Positions 25,880 through 39,300 of a stretch of 64,000 bases of DNA are shown in pieces. The position numbers and the translations under genes were made by a program. Every line of letters starts with the position of its first letter. The first letter of the stretch is position 1. The stretch spans positions 4,216,001-4,280,000 of the forward strand of contig OZ316776.1 in the NCBI GenBank assembly GCA_973851085.1, given 5' to 3'. Source of the DNA: Ptychomitrium polyphyllum. Lineage: Eukaryota. The notes below the pieces were generated by a model. The model was given only the letters and a program-made list of their open reading frames with translations, was not told the origin of the DNA and made no database searches.

Positions 25880-26500
25880 TTATCCCTCTATCCCTCCTTC
25901 CATACAAACAGTTCCACCTTCCTCCACAGCTCAAAAATCTCGCTCGCCTACATTTCCTTCTTCATCACAAACACTTGAAGCTCCTCCCTCACCAACTATA
26001 AAGTTCCATATCCCTCTGTTCACCAACTTATCCCAATACACCCTGTCCACTTCATAAACCTTTCTGCACTTAACATAGCTTCACCATCCACCACCAACGA
26101 ACTTCACATCGCCATCACATCAGTCATCATAATCCTCGAAACGTCTACAAACATGGAAACGAAAAATACAGAGTTCTCACGTCCCAGACCCGCCTCAACT
26201 CTTACACTTATCTCGTCCTCTTTTCCTGTCCCGCTATTCCTCCTTCCATGAAACGATTCCACACATACATCCGCAATTCAAACTTCTCATCACCTACACC
26301 CCCTCCTCCTCCTCAGAACTCTCTCCTTCACCAACCCCTATGCTCCATATCCCTCTGTCCACCACCTTCTCTCAAACCACCATCCACTTCATAAACCTTT
26401 CTGCAGGCAACATAACTTCATCATCCTCCACGCACTAACTTCGACTCCAACCGTCACATCAGGCATCAAAATCCTCACAGCCTTGACAAAACCTGACAAG
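25880..26500. repeat. Diverged direct duplication, period about 340 bp, immediately upstream of the LIG4 ATG
   Basis: tccatatccctctgt.cacca...tccacttcataaaccttt...ctgca...tcacatcag.catca.aatcctc occurs at ~25985-26155 and again at ~26325-26495. A ccctccttccat-like block precedes each copy. Confidence 0.8.
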
Positions 26501-27050
26501 ACAACCGCAACCTCATCCACTCATCTGCTTCAATGAATCTCTCGGCATCCAGAGACCGCAAAACTCCACGAAAATCGACATAATTGATTGCAGAAAGCTT
26601 GGGCACCAATGATGAGCATGATGTTGTGGAGTAGTCTGGCATGAATTGGGCGCCTAGGGTGATGTTTCGATGGCCAAGGTGCCACTATTGCACGGTTGAA
26701 ACGGACTCTGCAAAGCACACCAGCTTTGCAGAGAAGCTTTGCCTTAGAAGAGTCGGTATCCGGCGGTCGCGACGAGCGTCCGCAGGTCGGGGTGGGCGTC
26801 CGGAAGATGGAGGAGGAACGTTTAGTGGCGGTGGGGCACGGTTTGAAATAGGCCTATGGCCGTGGTGCGGGGATGCGGGGTGCGGGTATAGGGGTATTTT
26901 TGAAGCGCGTTCTATTACTGGCAAGCTTAGTTAACGTTGCATTCTGGTCGCGCCTGGGGTGGCGTGTGGGCCCACGTGCGCCGTGCGAGTGAGGTGAGGC
27001 TCTAGTGTGAACGCCTGCTTGCACCCCAGGTTGCCTGCAGAACCACTATG

Positions 27051-27086
27051 CGTGCATATTTTCGTGCATATTTTCATGCATATTTT
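27051..27086. repeat. 12-bp tandem repeat c(g/a)tgcatatttt x3
   Basis: Read directly. It lies at the boundary between the GC-rich LIG4 promoter and an AT-rich block. Confidence 0.85.
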
Positions 27087-29438
27087 ATATTTTAGTGTTT
27101 CAGGCGGAGGACGATTTCCTGGCCAAGATGGAAGTCATTAAAATAATATGCTTAATTCATGAAAGAGGGTTTTTTCTATGGATAAGTACTTTGGTACCAC
27201 GAGCATTTTCAAGACGGTCAATGGAAGATTTTTTGGAATAATTGTTGCTATGTTATGTAATTTTTTCATCCATCTTTTGCATTTCTTTTTTTAATAAGTT
27301 AGGAGATAAGGTGTGAAATTATATAGGAACATTCAAATTTTTTGACCAATTGTGTTGCTAAAATTCTTTAATAGTTGTAAAATTCTCATGTCCCTTGAAC
27401 AGGGGGAGAAGATGTTAACTAGCTCCAAAGATGATAAGTACTTCAAGGATAAAGATGCAATTAGTGTAATCGGCTTATAAGTTGGATTTATATTATTCAT
27501 TCTTGAAATACTTGCCCTTGGATTCTATCCTCTCTAGTATAGACTTTTATTGTATTATCTTCTTTGCCATAGTTTTGTGAATTGTAGTTTGAAAAAATTT
27601 TGATTTCAATTCAATGATGTTTCATCTATTTTTTACAAATTTAATACCAAAAAATGATTGATGCACTTTTTTAAATAGTATAATATTTTTAATTAATTTT
27701 TTGATCATATTTAAAACATTTTAATGTCTTAAAGAATATTTTATCAATCTCCATTTTTTATAGTATTTATAAAAAAAGAGTCCTTTTAGAATTGATATAA
27801 ATAAAAACTTTGTTACTATTAGACTTTGAATTTGTATTTAAAGAATTTGGCTAGATTACTTAAAAGGAAAATGATATAGTTTATAAAAGAGGTAGATTCT
27901 ATAATATTATATGAACAATCTTATGTGTACCATTAGTACTGGCAAAATAAATAAATAAAAATATGAGATATCCAATATCAACTATTGATAAGTTTTCATC
28001 TTGAACATGGTTAATTTTCAAACATCCAATATATAAATTATTATATAATACCAATTTTTAATCACATTTCTTATATTATTTGAAAATATTGAAATTTTAA
28101 AAAAAAGTAATAAAATGAAACTAATATTACAACATAGTTCAGAGCTTTAGATTCAAAAGGGAATAAAAATGTTGAAGAAACATAAAAAAATATTAACTTG
28201 GATGAATGAAATGTGTACAAAGTACATAATCTGGTATTTTGGAATTGTCTTTTTATAAACTAAAGTATTTCATGTCAATAACCAATGCTACAAAATATAT
28301 CTGTGTAAAATATATAGTTTTTAATCAATATAATTATCTTAATTTAAAAAAGATATAATATATTATTCATGTCAAAAAACATTTCATAATATAGTTAATA
28401 AAAACATCCTTTCTGAACAAAAATTATAGAATCATGTAACTACATTTTCTACAATATACTGTTAGGAATTATGAATAAAAAATCATTAATTCCATCATAC
28501 AAAAAAGAATATAATTTGTTTTCATATTTCAAAGTTGCACTCTAATACTATGCTTCTTATTAAAACTTAAAACTTACAGTGCTAAATCCATTACCTGTTC
28601 TATTCTTTTGTATGTATTTTGTTGATTAAAAGTTCAAATTTTTGAAGCCATTTTGCCATGTTTAATACTTTATTCACGCTTTCACAATTAAAATTTCCAA
28701 ATTCCAAAACTGATAAAATTCAACATTTAGAAAAACAGTTAAAAAATCCAAGAGTTACAAAAAAATCCTAAATCTCAGATTATTTGTATCAGGAATTGCC
28801 CCTACATTTGCCAAGCTCTATGAAGGGTGAGAAATCCGAAAACAATCTAACCAGGTGGGGTGAGTGACTAGTTTTACTGTTGTTTTCTCTCAGATGGCAA
28901 GCTCTCTGAGAGCACGTTGCCATGAAGCCATGAATCTGAAGCCATGCATACCACCTGAGCGATGGCCTAAGCCCGGCCTAACAAACGCCTACCCAATTGT
29001 TTCGAAGAAACAGAAACTCAACTCTTTTGAAGAAACAGGAACCTTGAGAAGACTAACACCAAGAGATTGATGCCCTGGTGAACCAGCAGAAGGTTTGAAA
29101 ACCTAATAGTTTACCACATGCTGTGATAGTCACAGAAGATGGGAGTTACTCGAGAGCTACTCATGGAATGCACATGGTGACTCTCTACTCGGAATCTGGA
29201 GTACAAAGAGACCAGCATTTCTGAGGAAAGTTGAATCTGAGGCTAAACAAGCCAGACTGATTGATGCAAGCCAAGTAAGCCTAAGGCCCTTGCCTTCTCT
29301 CCGACGTGTTGTGAGCACAAGATGGACAATAGAAGCACACTTGGGCAAAGGAAGAGAAGTGGAGCACCATCGATTTTAAGGACTAGCAAAGGATTGAAAT
29401 TTGGCTTCGAACTGTCTGTCCCCAACGTGGTTCACAGT

Positions 29439-30252
29439 TCATACAAGCTCGATGCGGTGGGTTTCTATGAGATTCCGTACAGGTCTGTACCTAAGAATGT
29501 AGAGATCGTTCGGCATCAAATCCACAGTTTCGTCCCCTCTGCCATCCGCATCCCCCAACGACGCAATTGCATTCAGTACAAAAAATGATCCAGATTTAGC
29601 TCTGTCTGTACCTAGGCAATCAACTGCAGGAAGAAGGTCAGTTACAGGAACGAATGGCTTACTTGTCATCAAGTTGAAAGGAACCCACGGCGGTTTTGCT
29701 TCTGCAAAAGACGTAAGTGTCCAGGTTTGGCTCCACGATCATGTCATTCTCCTCACTCGACGCAGCTTGCTTCATCATCGAGTCATACGCGGTCTCCAGC
29801 TTCCCCAGAACGGAGTCGTGCATGTGCTTCGACAGAACATCCACGAACTTCTGAGCGTACTCTTGTTCTTGGGGAGAGAGACGGTCCCACAAATCGGCCG
29901 TCCGCATGATGTGCAACGCGAATTTCTCAACCTTCGACAACCGGATGCGCAGATACGCTCGCAGCAGGAACATGAGCCGGTTCACGTCCATCTCAAAGAT
30001 CGACAGCATCATGTCGTCCAAGCTCTCGGCGTACGCCACAATATTCTCCTCCATGAGGGCGATCTGCTCCCGCACGCGCTCCACCAGCAACGTCTCGTAC
30101 GCCAAAATCTCAGGAGCCGACTTCTCATTGCGCCACACGCGCTTCAGCACCTCCACATCGTTGGGCAGGTCGTGGTCGACCCACTCCATGTCGTCCTCAT
30201 CTCTCCCCCACGGCGCCGCCTCCTCGCTGATACTGCCATTGCCGCTGTCCAT
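29439..30252 (-). CDS. SLD5: GINS complex subunit 4 (SLD5), 229 aa
   Basis: VWRNEKSAPEILAY, EMDVNRLMFLLRAYLRIRLSKVEKF, EPNLDTYVFCR and YILRYRPVRNLIETHRIELV. Exons 30252-29663 and 29538-29439. Confidence 0.96.
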
Positions 30253-31071
30253 CGCCCCCCACCACCTCTCGCCGCTTGCCCTATCCTTCCAGCACCAATC
30301 TTCTCGCAGCGATCCCTCACTCGAAAGATCCGAAGCCCTCCACCAAACGAGGATCCCAGTAACGTAACCTCATCTCCACTCCACACGCTTCACCCCCAAC
30401 ACACCACACTCCTTCAAATGATCTCAACAAAGCCTTGAAAACCTTCTGACAAACACTCTTCTCAGAATGCACTTGGGTCATCACCGTCCAATTTCACATC
30501 CCTCCATTCCGATGCATGCACACGCACTCATCCACGACTGCGCGAAGGCACTGGTCATATCAGGGAACATCAGAATTCTGCAACAAAGGCTCTTGGTCGG
30601 CTGAATCACTGCTGTTTCGAACTGCAAGGCTCACAAACTGCTGACAATCAGGTTTAGGTTGCCACACATGAGTGGTCCGCACGAATATTTTACTTTATTC
30701 GAAAAGTCGAACCGAGAGATGAAAAGTCGGTCAAGTTCCGGCAGCAGCTTCTTGAGTCTGTGAGTCCGGTTTGTGGGAAGTGTTGTGGAGTTTGCGATGA
30801 ATAGAGAAGCGCGATGGGCAACGCGGAATGCTCTGTTCATAGCAGAGGACGAGTTGTGTACAGTTTCAATTGCTAAGTGGGGGCAGAGGGTGTGGTGAGA
30901 GGTCTGGTCTCCGCAGTTGGTTACACCTGCGCAGCGATCTGGAGCCAGAGTGGTGAGAGCAACAGACAACAGGTCTGAAAGGATTGGACTCAGAGTTCTT
31001 TGGTTCGCTTTGGGCGAGAGGTTTGGTACGATTCCGCGGTTTCTGCTTTCGTTGTGAAACTGTTCTTGTCG

Positions 31072-31084
31072 GTGTGTGTGTGTA

Positions 31085-31125
<41 letters not shown>

Positions 31126-31126
31126 G
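31072..31126. repeat. Compound (GT)n(GA)n microsatellite
   Basis: Read directly. It lies between the divergent SLD5 and TAF11 starts. Confidence 0.95.
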
Positions 31127-32119
31127 TTCCGGGGTTTAGGGTTTGAGGTGTCAGATTTGCAGAGCTCGTAATGTTGAGAAGTGTCTTCTGGAGTGCTGTG
31201 AGTAATGGTGGAGAATCGTGTAGGAGCGTCTCGGTTTCTTTTGCTAGTTAGGCGCAAGTCTTCCATGGATTGCGAGTTGCTGAGATGATGTTGTTGCATT
31301 GCGTACAGACTCTGCTTATTGCATTTCTCTTGCTTGACTTGTGTGGCACCTGAACCGTTGGCAAATTGGCTTTGAGGGAGCTGTTAGTTCGCATTAAGAC
31401 AGTGATATAAATCTCTTCGAAGGAATAGAGATTCTTTGGGCCCGTTCTAGGGTTATCGCGGAGGCTTTGTGAGTATGACCGTCTTTGTCAACTTTTCTGG
31501 AACTTGCATAGATGTCGGAGAGATGGGTGTGCCAGAGGTCTTTGCTACAAGTCTTTGAGGGAAATCTTTAGAGAGTTTGGCTATAGGGAATTGTAGAATC
31601 GGCGTAAGTTTACACGCCGTCTTGTTGTTTGAAGAGATCGTCTGGTCTAGGACTGGTTACCTTAGATGAATTTCCTGAGTGGAGGTCCTTCTGTGAGTAA
31701 TATTCCAAGCTGGCGCATCTTGCAAGCATGCTGACATATTATTTCCATTAATGCAGAGCGGGTTATTCCTGTCTGCGTTGATAATGCCGCTTAGTTATTA
31801 AATAAAAGAATTTTATCGTTAGTTTTGTACGGGAGGGAATCGAAAAATACACTTTATTCTCGATGAACCTTTGCGTATTAATATATTATTAGGAATTGTA
31901 GCGGGGGTCTATAATCCTTTTAAGTAGCTCACAATTTTCACAACCGTGTTAATTGCATTTGGGTTTTTAATTGGTCTTTGCTGTGAATTCTCATCATCGC
32001 TCGATGTTCGTTGTTGCTGATACTCCTATCTGCCTCTTTAGCAGAGACCGTGTGATTCGAACATGCATTCGTTCATTTTATGTCCTCGCAGTCTGCTCGG
32101 CACCTTGTAGGTCTTCATC

Positions 32120-33563
32120 ATGGGAAGCGATGCGGACATGACCGACTCAGATTCAGGTACTGTGTTTTTGAATGACGTTTTTCCTTTTGAGCTGTTGCCA
32201 GTTATGATTAATAGAATTTTCAGTGGATTTGGATCGTTCTTGTTCACTATATTAAACCTTTTCCACACCAGGTTCAGAAGGAGGATATGTGCCAGCGGAT
32301 GATGCAACACCCGTGGCAGGGCCCTCACCTTCTGGGAAAGGCAAAGGGCCTGCGAAACCTGCTGGGAATAAGGGTGCAAGGAAGGCTATTTTAAAAGATA
32401 CAACTCCTGCTAACAGCGACGACGAAGGTGATACCAAGGGTAATGATGGACAGGGACCTTCCAGCAAGGGTGGGACTAGGGGTGGCGGAGGCAAAGATGA
32501 TGATGATGAGGAAGAGGAGAATATGGACCATGAAGAGCTCGGGAAGTACAACACGGTGGACCCTGACAAGATGCGGTGAGTTCAACCTTCCCGATATATG
32601 CTTTTAACGTGGGTGGTGTTCTACTGATAGCTTTTCCATCTAACAAACCTCTCTGTTCATACCCTTTGATTTCAACAGTGTTCGTTTTTGATTGATTGTT
32701 TACAGGGCTGTGCTGGCAACCTTCACTTCTGAACAGATGAGTCGATATGAGTGCTATCGACGCTCCGGATTTCAACGTGCCAATATGCGACGTGTGAGTT
32801 TCTAATGCGGTCGTGTGGGATTTCTACAAAAACGTGTTTTTTGAACAAGGTTTATATTCACGTGCAACTTTGGTTAGGATGATTGTAGATACTCACGGAG
32901 CTTTTGTTTCGGTTTACCAAATTATTGCCATATTCAGATGAACTATTATTATACATTTACTCTTACCTGTTCTAACGGGACTGCGCGTGTGTATTGGAGG
33001 GGAGCAGTTGCTACAGAGTGTATCAGGTGCTCCAGTTTCGGTTCCCATGACTATTGTTATTTCTGGAATAGCGAAAATGTTTGTTGGGGAGCTTGTGGAG
33101 ATAGGTATGCATGCTTTTCAATTTTACAAATATTTAAATGTGCTGTTAGGCTTGCTCATTCTGAATATTTATATCTGAGTTTCTCTTATCATGATTAGTT
33201 GATTTGTCCTTCAGAGTTTCATAAGTGACAGTGTTTGCATAATTTTTTATCACGGCCCTTCTGAATCATATTGGCTTTATATATTCCATAGTGTTGCAGT
33301 GTTAATATAACTTGTTGGCAGCTTGCTATTTGTTTTACAAAGGTTTTAGGTTGTGAAATGCTACTCTGTCCCTGTAGCTGATACTGTGTATTCACCTAAT
33401 ACTGATATGTGTACCTACGTGATCGCTGGTCACAGGACGGATAGTGATGACTGAAAGAAATGAGACTGGACCCATTCGTCCTACACACATTCGTGAAGCG
33501 TATCGACGGCTGAAGCTCGAGGGTAAAGTCCCTCAACGCAGCAGGCCTCGTCTCTTTCGGTAG
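32120..33563 (+). CDS. TAF11: TFIID subunit TAF11 (TAFII28 histone fold), 217 aa
   Basis: Acidic, low-complexity N-terminus, then FTSEQMSRYECYRRSGFQRANMRRLL, IVISGIAKMFVGELVE and GPIRPTHIREAYRRL. Exons: 32120-32156, 32272-32575, 32706-32793, 33008-33104, 33436-33563. Confidence 0.96.
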
Positions 33564-35665
33564 TTAAAGTGCTCATCAGTATTTCTGTCAAACAGTGTTC
33601 AAGGGGTCCATTATCTGAACCAGAAATCAAGCGCAACGAAGATGTATTACATTTTGGAACACAACGGAAAAGGAGAAGGAGCTGAACAAAACGGACACTT
33701 TGTTCGCATTCTCTCAACTGATTCAAGTGTGCATACTCACCAGGAAATCAATTTTGCTAATATTTCTCCAGGAATCGTTTGCGAGGGCTGGAATTTGTAG
33801 TTAGTCGAACTGAAAGCGGACCATGTTGAATCTCGTGATTGTGTTGTTTTCGAAGTGTTAGGATTCTGTTTTTGTAGAACTCGTAACGTGTTCAGGGTCC
33901 AGTTTTTCAGTGTGGCTCTAGAGTATTTTTCAAGAAATGGAAGGCTGCTGCTGGGTATGATCGGGGAGCATATGCGTGGCCAATCCTTTTCTGAAATGAG
34001 AGCCAGTTCCAACTTAGTTGCAGCCTGCTGTCTTCTGTATTCTTGTATGTCCACTGCTGTGAATATTCACAGCAACCAATGTTTAGACATATTCACAGCA
34101 GTGGACTTGTGATTAGCACTTGGGGTGGGCTTTTGCGAATATTTATACAATTGAATGTGATAACTTATCACTTGGCATAAGGGACATTTTTGTTTCCCCA
34201 GAAGTAAAACTGATATAAGTTGTATGACCAAACTTACAGAATTTATCACTTTCTCCAGAATTAAATTCAAATAATGATATTTTGAATGGAAGATAAGATG
34301 AGTGATTCAGTTGCGAAGACTATTTTAAGTTGAGGTCTACCTATACAAAATGTGTTTATTCATATTTACACTATCAATATATCACTATTCTGTCAGAGTC
34401 TGGTCGAGTTTCCATTGTGAAATCATCTTTTTTATGCTCCTAACCTCAAGCTCATCCTAAAGCAAAACCGAAATTTCATTTTCAATGCAAATCTTGCCAT
34501 ATAATAACATAATCGTTAAATTTGACAGTCTGAAACAATGAATTCAGCCTCAAATTACTTTATTCAAACTTATTCGTGATTACCAACAATTGGCAGGTTT
34601 TTTGTAAACTCATTCTCTGGTGACCCAAGATGCATGCCCTGGAATAGATGGGCGATTCAAGATACATTAGAATGTGTTCCAACCTTAAATTCAATTGACA
34701 TGAAGGACATGAAGAAGGAAGTGAGATCAGTGGTGTGGTGAGGTTTTGGTTGTAAGAAAGTGTGAATTTACAAATAACTTTATTGCCATGGTAGTACATG
34801 CTGTACATGTCTTGCGCTAACTCCCAGAAACCCATCCACAACCCATTCACAAAGAGAGCATATCAAGGCATAACATTCTTCAACAGAGCAACTAATATCC
34901 TAAGATCAAGGGGGTTGAGCCCTCTTTATTCCCTCTTCATGTAATCATCTAATGTAGAACTAAAGTTGGTATGCACGATAACCTGGTACCAAAGGGTGAG
35001 GTTCTCCGCTTTGGGAATACTGTAGATTCTTCTAACAGTGACTTAAATCTAGAACCATTGCCCATGAAGTTCTTAAGTCCTTGACATTTACTTCAATTGT
35101 TGATCACTTTCAACAGCTCATCTATTGTCTAGAAAAGTATTCAATGCCACTCAAATGAATCATGATAATGGAACGTAACTCTTGACCCAAATTATAGACA
35201 GAGCATGTGAGTGGATTTAAAAACGAGTTTGTAGGCTGTTACACACTGAATAAGTGCTGATATATACAAGCTCCTTGATCCCCTTCTTTCAATCTGATGC
35301 CACCTCGTCTCTTCATTGGGTCGCGGTGTCCAATACAGCAGCTCATCTCATTACTGATCTGACATTATTTCACTACTGCAGTATCGCATCTCTCCAGACA
35401 CATCGCCGTCCAAAAATTTCTAACGGCTCTTGTGACTTAAGACTACCTCCAAAAATTTGCCAAAGTTCATTCGAGCTCTCTACATGAGAGCACCTCGGCT
35501 TCTTCCATGAGCTCATCCGAGATTCTTCTGGCACTATAATTAACTGTTCTCCATACCGATGGTTCGTTTGCCAGAACGTGAACCCGATGGAATGAGTATC
35601 CACGTTGTCCCTATAAAATGGATCGATCGGTACTGGAGGCGGCTCGGCAGTTACCAGTGTGCACA

Positions 35666-36350
35666 CTACGGCCTCAGCGACCACCCTTTGGATTCGCTTA
35701 TGGTCGGGATATTCAAGTCTCTGATGCTCTTCAAAGCAGTACCATGTACGCTTGAATCGTGCACATATGAGAAACATCTCATTAATACCACAATGTGCAC
35801 ATCTCCTTTCCCCTTAGAGATTAGAAGACAAAGTTTCTCCACTTGTCGGACACATTTCAAAGACACTTCATCGTCGGTCTCATCTTCACCCTCGCTCCAT
35901 GGGACCCCATCGCCTTCTTTCAAGTAAAGTTTCTTGGAGATACGTTTAGCCGCACTATCTGTAACACGTTCAAATTCGCGTTCAACATCCGATATTGTTA
36001 CTGGCTACTGTCATACGGAAGGAGTCCTTGCACAACATTTTCCACAAGAGAACACTAGTTTGGCATTTATCAAGGTGTTCATATCATCTAGAGAAAATCC
36101 AAGCTTCCAAACAAAACTATATCAAAAACAGCTTACCAGCAACCAGGGTTGATCAACCTCATGTAGTAAATGTACAAAATCGATGATAAGTTGAGCAGTC
36201 ATACCAATTATGTCAGGGCTGTAGAGTATTAATTACCTTCGCATCATATTCCTCGTAGTTTGGAGTAGGAATAAAATCCTTCATGCATCGAAAGCAAGGT
36301 CGATGACTCTCGAAGGCTGTGTTGCTTCCCGTACTTGGACCTCCTCTCAT
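35666..36350 (-). CDS. Hypothetical protein or degenerate gene, about 150 aa if spliced 36350-36237 + 36004-35666
   Basis: An ATG exon is flanked by a TGCAG acceptor and an AAG|GTAATT donor. It joins in phase to an open frame PVTISDVEREFERVTDSAAKRISKK. No family recognised. Confidence 0.25.
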
Positions 36351-39300
36351 GTTTTCTTTTCGGGTAGCCTGCATCAAATTAAACTGCTTACGCGAGCTTC
36401 AGTGAGAAACTTTTCATAAACTTCCCAGAGGATCTTTAAAGATATCGTCACTTAGGTCTCTCATACCGACACACCATTGACCAGTAATTCGCTATTTCAG
36501 TCTACAGCAAGTGGTAATTATACATGACGCAGACTCGTATCATTGGTCATTGATTTGTTTGGCAGAAGAATCTAATAGACTGTTGCCAGTCTCCAGGAGA
36601 GGTTCTGAACACTCCACGTCCAAAACAAATGAATGAATTATGCTCCATCACTCCGTATTTCTTGACTGCTATAACTTCCATCTCAATTCAGATCTACAAG
36701 TCCCTCTGGAATTCAACTGGACTTCAACTCTAAAAAGGCAGCCAAAGCTCTCCGACGCAACAGTTATAAATGCAGCGATCGAGAACATGTTCTTCGTATT
36801 GGAAGGTTCACTGAAAGCGGAAATGCAGAATCACAAGGTTTTCGTGCTGACTACGGCCTAAACTGAGCACCCAGGCCTTTCATCCAAGTGCGGCACTCCA
36901 ATTAAGCTCAGTTACGGCGCAGCGCCAAATTAACAGAGCTCACTACCACAAGTGACGCCACGCAACTAAACGTATCAAGAAGCCATGCTGAACCGTCTCC
37001 ACGAAACTTGAACATCTCTACTGCGACTCCAAGCTCTTCTATACTCTAAAACAAAGCGCCTGGAATATATCGCACTCGGTGTCGGAGTCAAGAAGACACA
37101 GTAAAAGACCTTGACTCTCAAGAAAGGAGCAAGAATCGCACTCACCATGAATGCTCACCAGCGATTACCCCGCTGTGCAACCTCAAACACGAAGGCGAGG
37201 ATCTCCCGTTTCATAAACCTGCGAGCAACCTACCTGGTCAGGTACAGAAACCAGAAAGCAACTTCACATCACCATCTGCAACTCACTCACCAAACCCCAA
37301 GCCAGCGACCGAGCGGCTGCCTCAAACTACAGTTAACAACAATACTCTTCACCAGCAACATAAAGAACAAGGCAGGTGGCGAGGATTGGGGGTGAAACCA
37401 AGCCTCTGCACAGTCAGCATCGCTTCTTGTTTCCCACCTATTTCAAGAAGTCATGAGGATGTCAGGACGTAAGCACGCAAGGAGTTAAGGCCAGGAAAGG
37501 TGAGGGAGAGTGACTAGTATTTTGAATCATGAGCATGTCCTTCCAGTTTTTCATGTCAAAACCTAAACCAAAACTGTCATGTCCATTTTGGTTCATAACT
37601 TAAACTTCTAGAAACCAGGTGAGGTTCAGAATGTGGCAGCCACATTCTGCAAAGATGTTGCACTTCATCATCATGATCATTATCATTGTTTTAATGTTTT
37701 GTTTTATTTTCCACCAACCTTTTCATCTCTTCTTTGTTTGGATTGGTATAGTAATACCAATAAATATCACATCATGCCATCCTTCCCTTTGCTAATGTAG
37801 TGGGCTTTACAAGAACTTTATGTCTAAAGTTCTGAGCCTTTGTGAATGTTGTTCCTTGTCACCTGATGAGGCAGTTCTAATGATTTGCTGGTTTTCTGCA
37901 TGCATCAGTTGTACAGAAGGGGGGAAATTTTGTCAGAACTGGGTCCCACCACTCAGTATAGCGTTTCAACCATACATGGGCGTACCCCTGGGAAACTGGA
38001 TTTTCTCCGCTTTTGATTGAGCTAGCACTTGGAATTGGAGGTATACAACTGGCACATGCACAAAGCTTATGGAATTTATGGGTCCAATTGCAATAAAGCA
38101 GGCACTACTGTCCCAAGGCACTAGGGGACCACCAGACAACCTACTGTCTTCCATATCTTTCCTTTTTCAGAAAGTATACTTTTTTCTTTTGCTTGTTGGC
38201 AGAATAGCATGTAAAGTGATACAAAATTGGAGTTTTTGACGATGATTAATTATGGTTTAAAGCAGATAAAACTTTGATCATTTATACCAAGTTCACTCTC
38301 TAAAATCAGAATGTTGAATTTTGGTAAATTTTGTGAATGTTTTAGGTGTTAACTTTAATAGTTTAATAGTTATCGTTAAATTATCATAGATATGTTTTCA
38401 ACATTTAATTGGATACATCTATAAATAATATAAAGGTAAACATCTTTTGTTTTAAAAGAAGACTCAAGTGAATTTATAGAATTGTATATGAATTTTAATG
38501 TTTGTAAATAAGTTTATTTTCAACATACGAAATGTTTCTATTAGCACACAAAGAAACTATATTAGTTTGTAGTATTAGCTTATCAAATACTACCATAAAT
38601 AATAAATTTTCAATATAAATGAATTTTTAATACATTCATATTGCATAACAAGGTGATTATGTTTGAGTTAGTATATTTAGTTTTCAAAAAATTATTTCCA
38701 TAAAAGCATTGTATGCAAAAGTAAAAAAAACCCAACAAATTTGAAATTCAATAAAGAATTAAAGTCATAGTAAGAACCTACATGGTAAAGAAAATCAAAA
38801 TATTTTTTTTATTTCTTGAAAATACAATAAATAAATGTATTGTAAAATACATATTAAATATTCATTTAAATGGTTAACAAATTCAACAAATTAATGCAAT
38901 GTCAAACATAAAAAAAAATCATATGTTTTTAAATTTTTAACATAAATCATAACTTGTACATGGTCATTTTTACTTATTAAAATTTCCATAAACGTATTTT
39001 AATCAATATAAAGTTAGGATCTTTTGTTTTACTACAACTTTTTGAATTTAGTAGATGAATATACATTATTTTGTTTTCCATATGGTGTATTACAACAATA
39101 GAATAAAACATCATATGTATATCGCACTTCCTAAAGTATAATAAAATATTACTTTAAATATCATTCTTGTTTATGATCAACTGAAATAGGCATCTTTTTA
39201 CTAGTTTTCAAATTAAATAAGTTACATACGGCAATATTAAGTTGATTTATAATTTTCTCATTCTCTGAAGTGAGTTTGCTTAATGATGTAAGTATATAAT

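Noticed and set aside
29674..30438. 254-aa and 153-aa plus-strand ORFs
   Set aside because: They are antisense shadows of the GC-rich SLD5 exon 1 and show no domain features.
30631..31299. 222-aa minus-strand ORF containing LSLSLSHTHTHT
   Set aside because: It is a translation through a microsatellite in a promoter or leader region.
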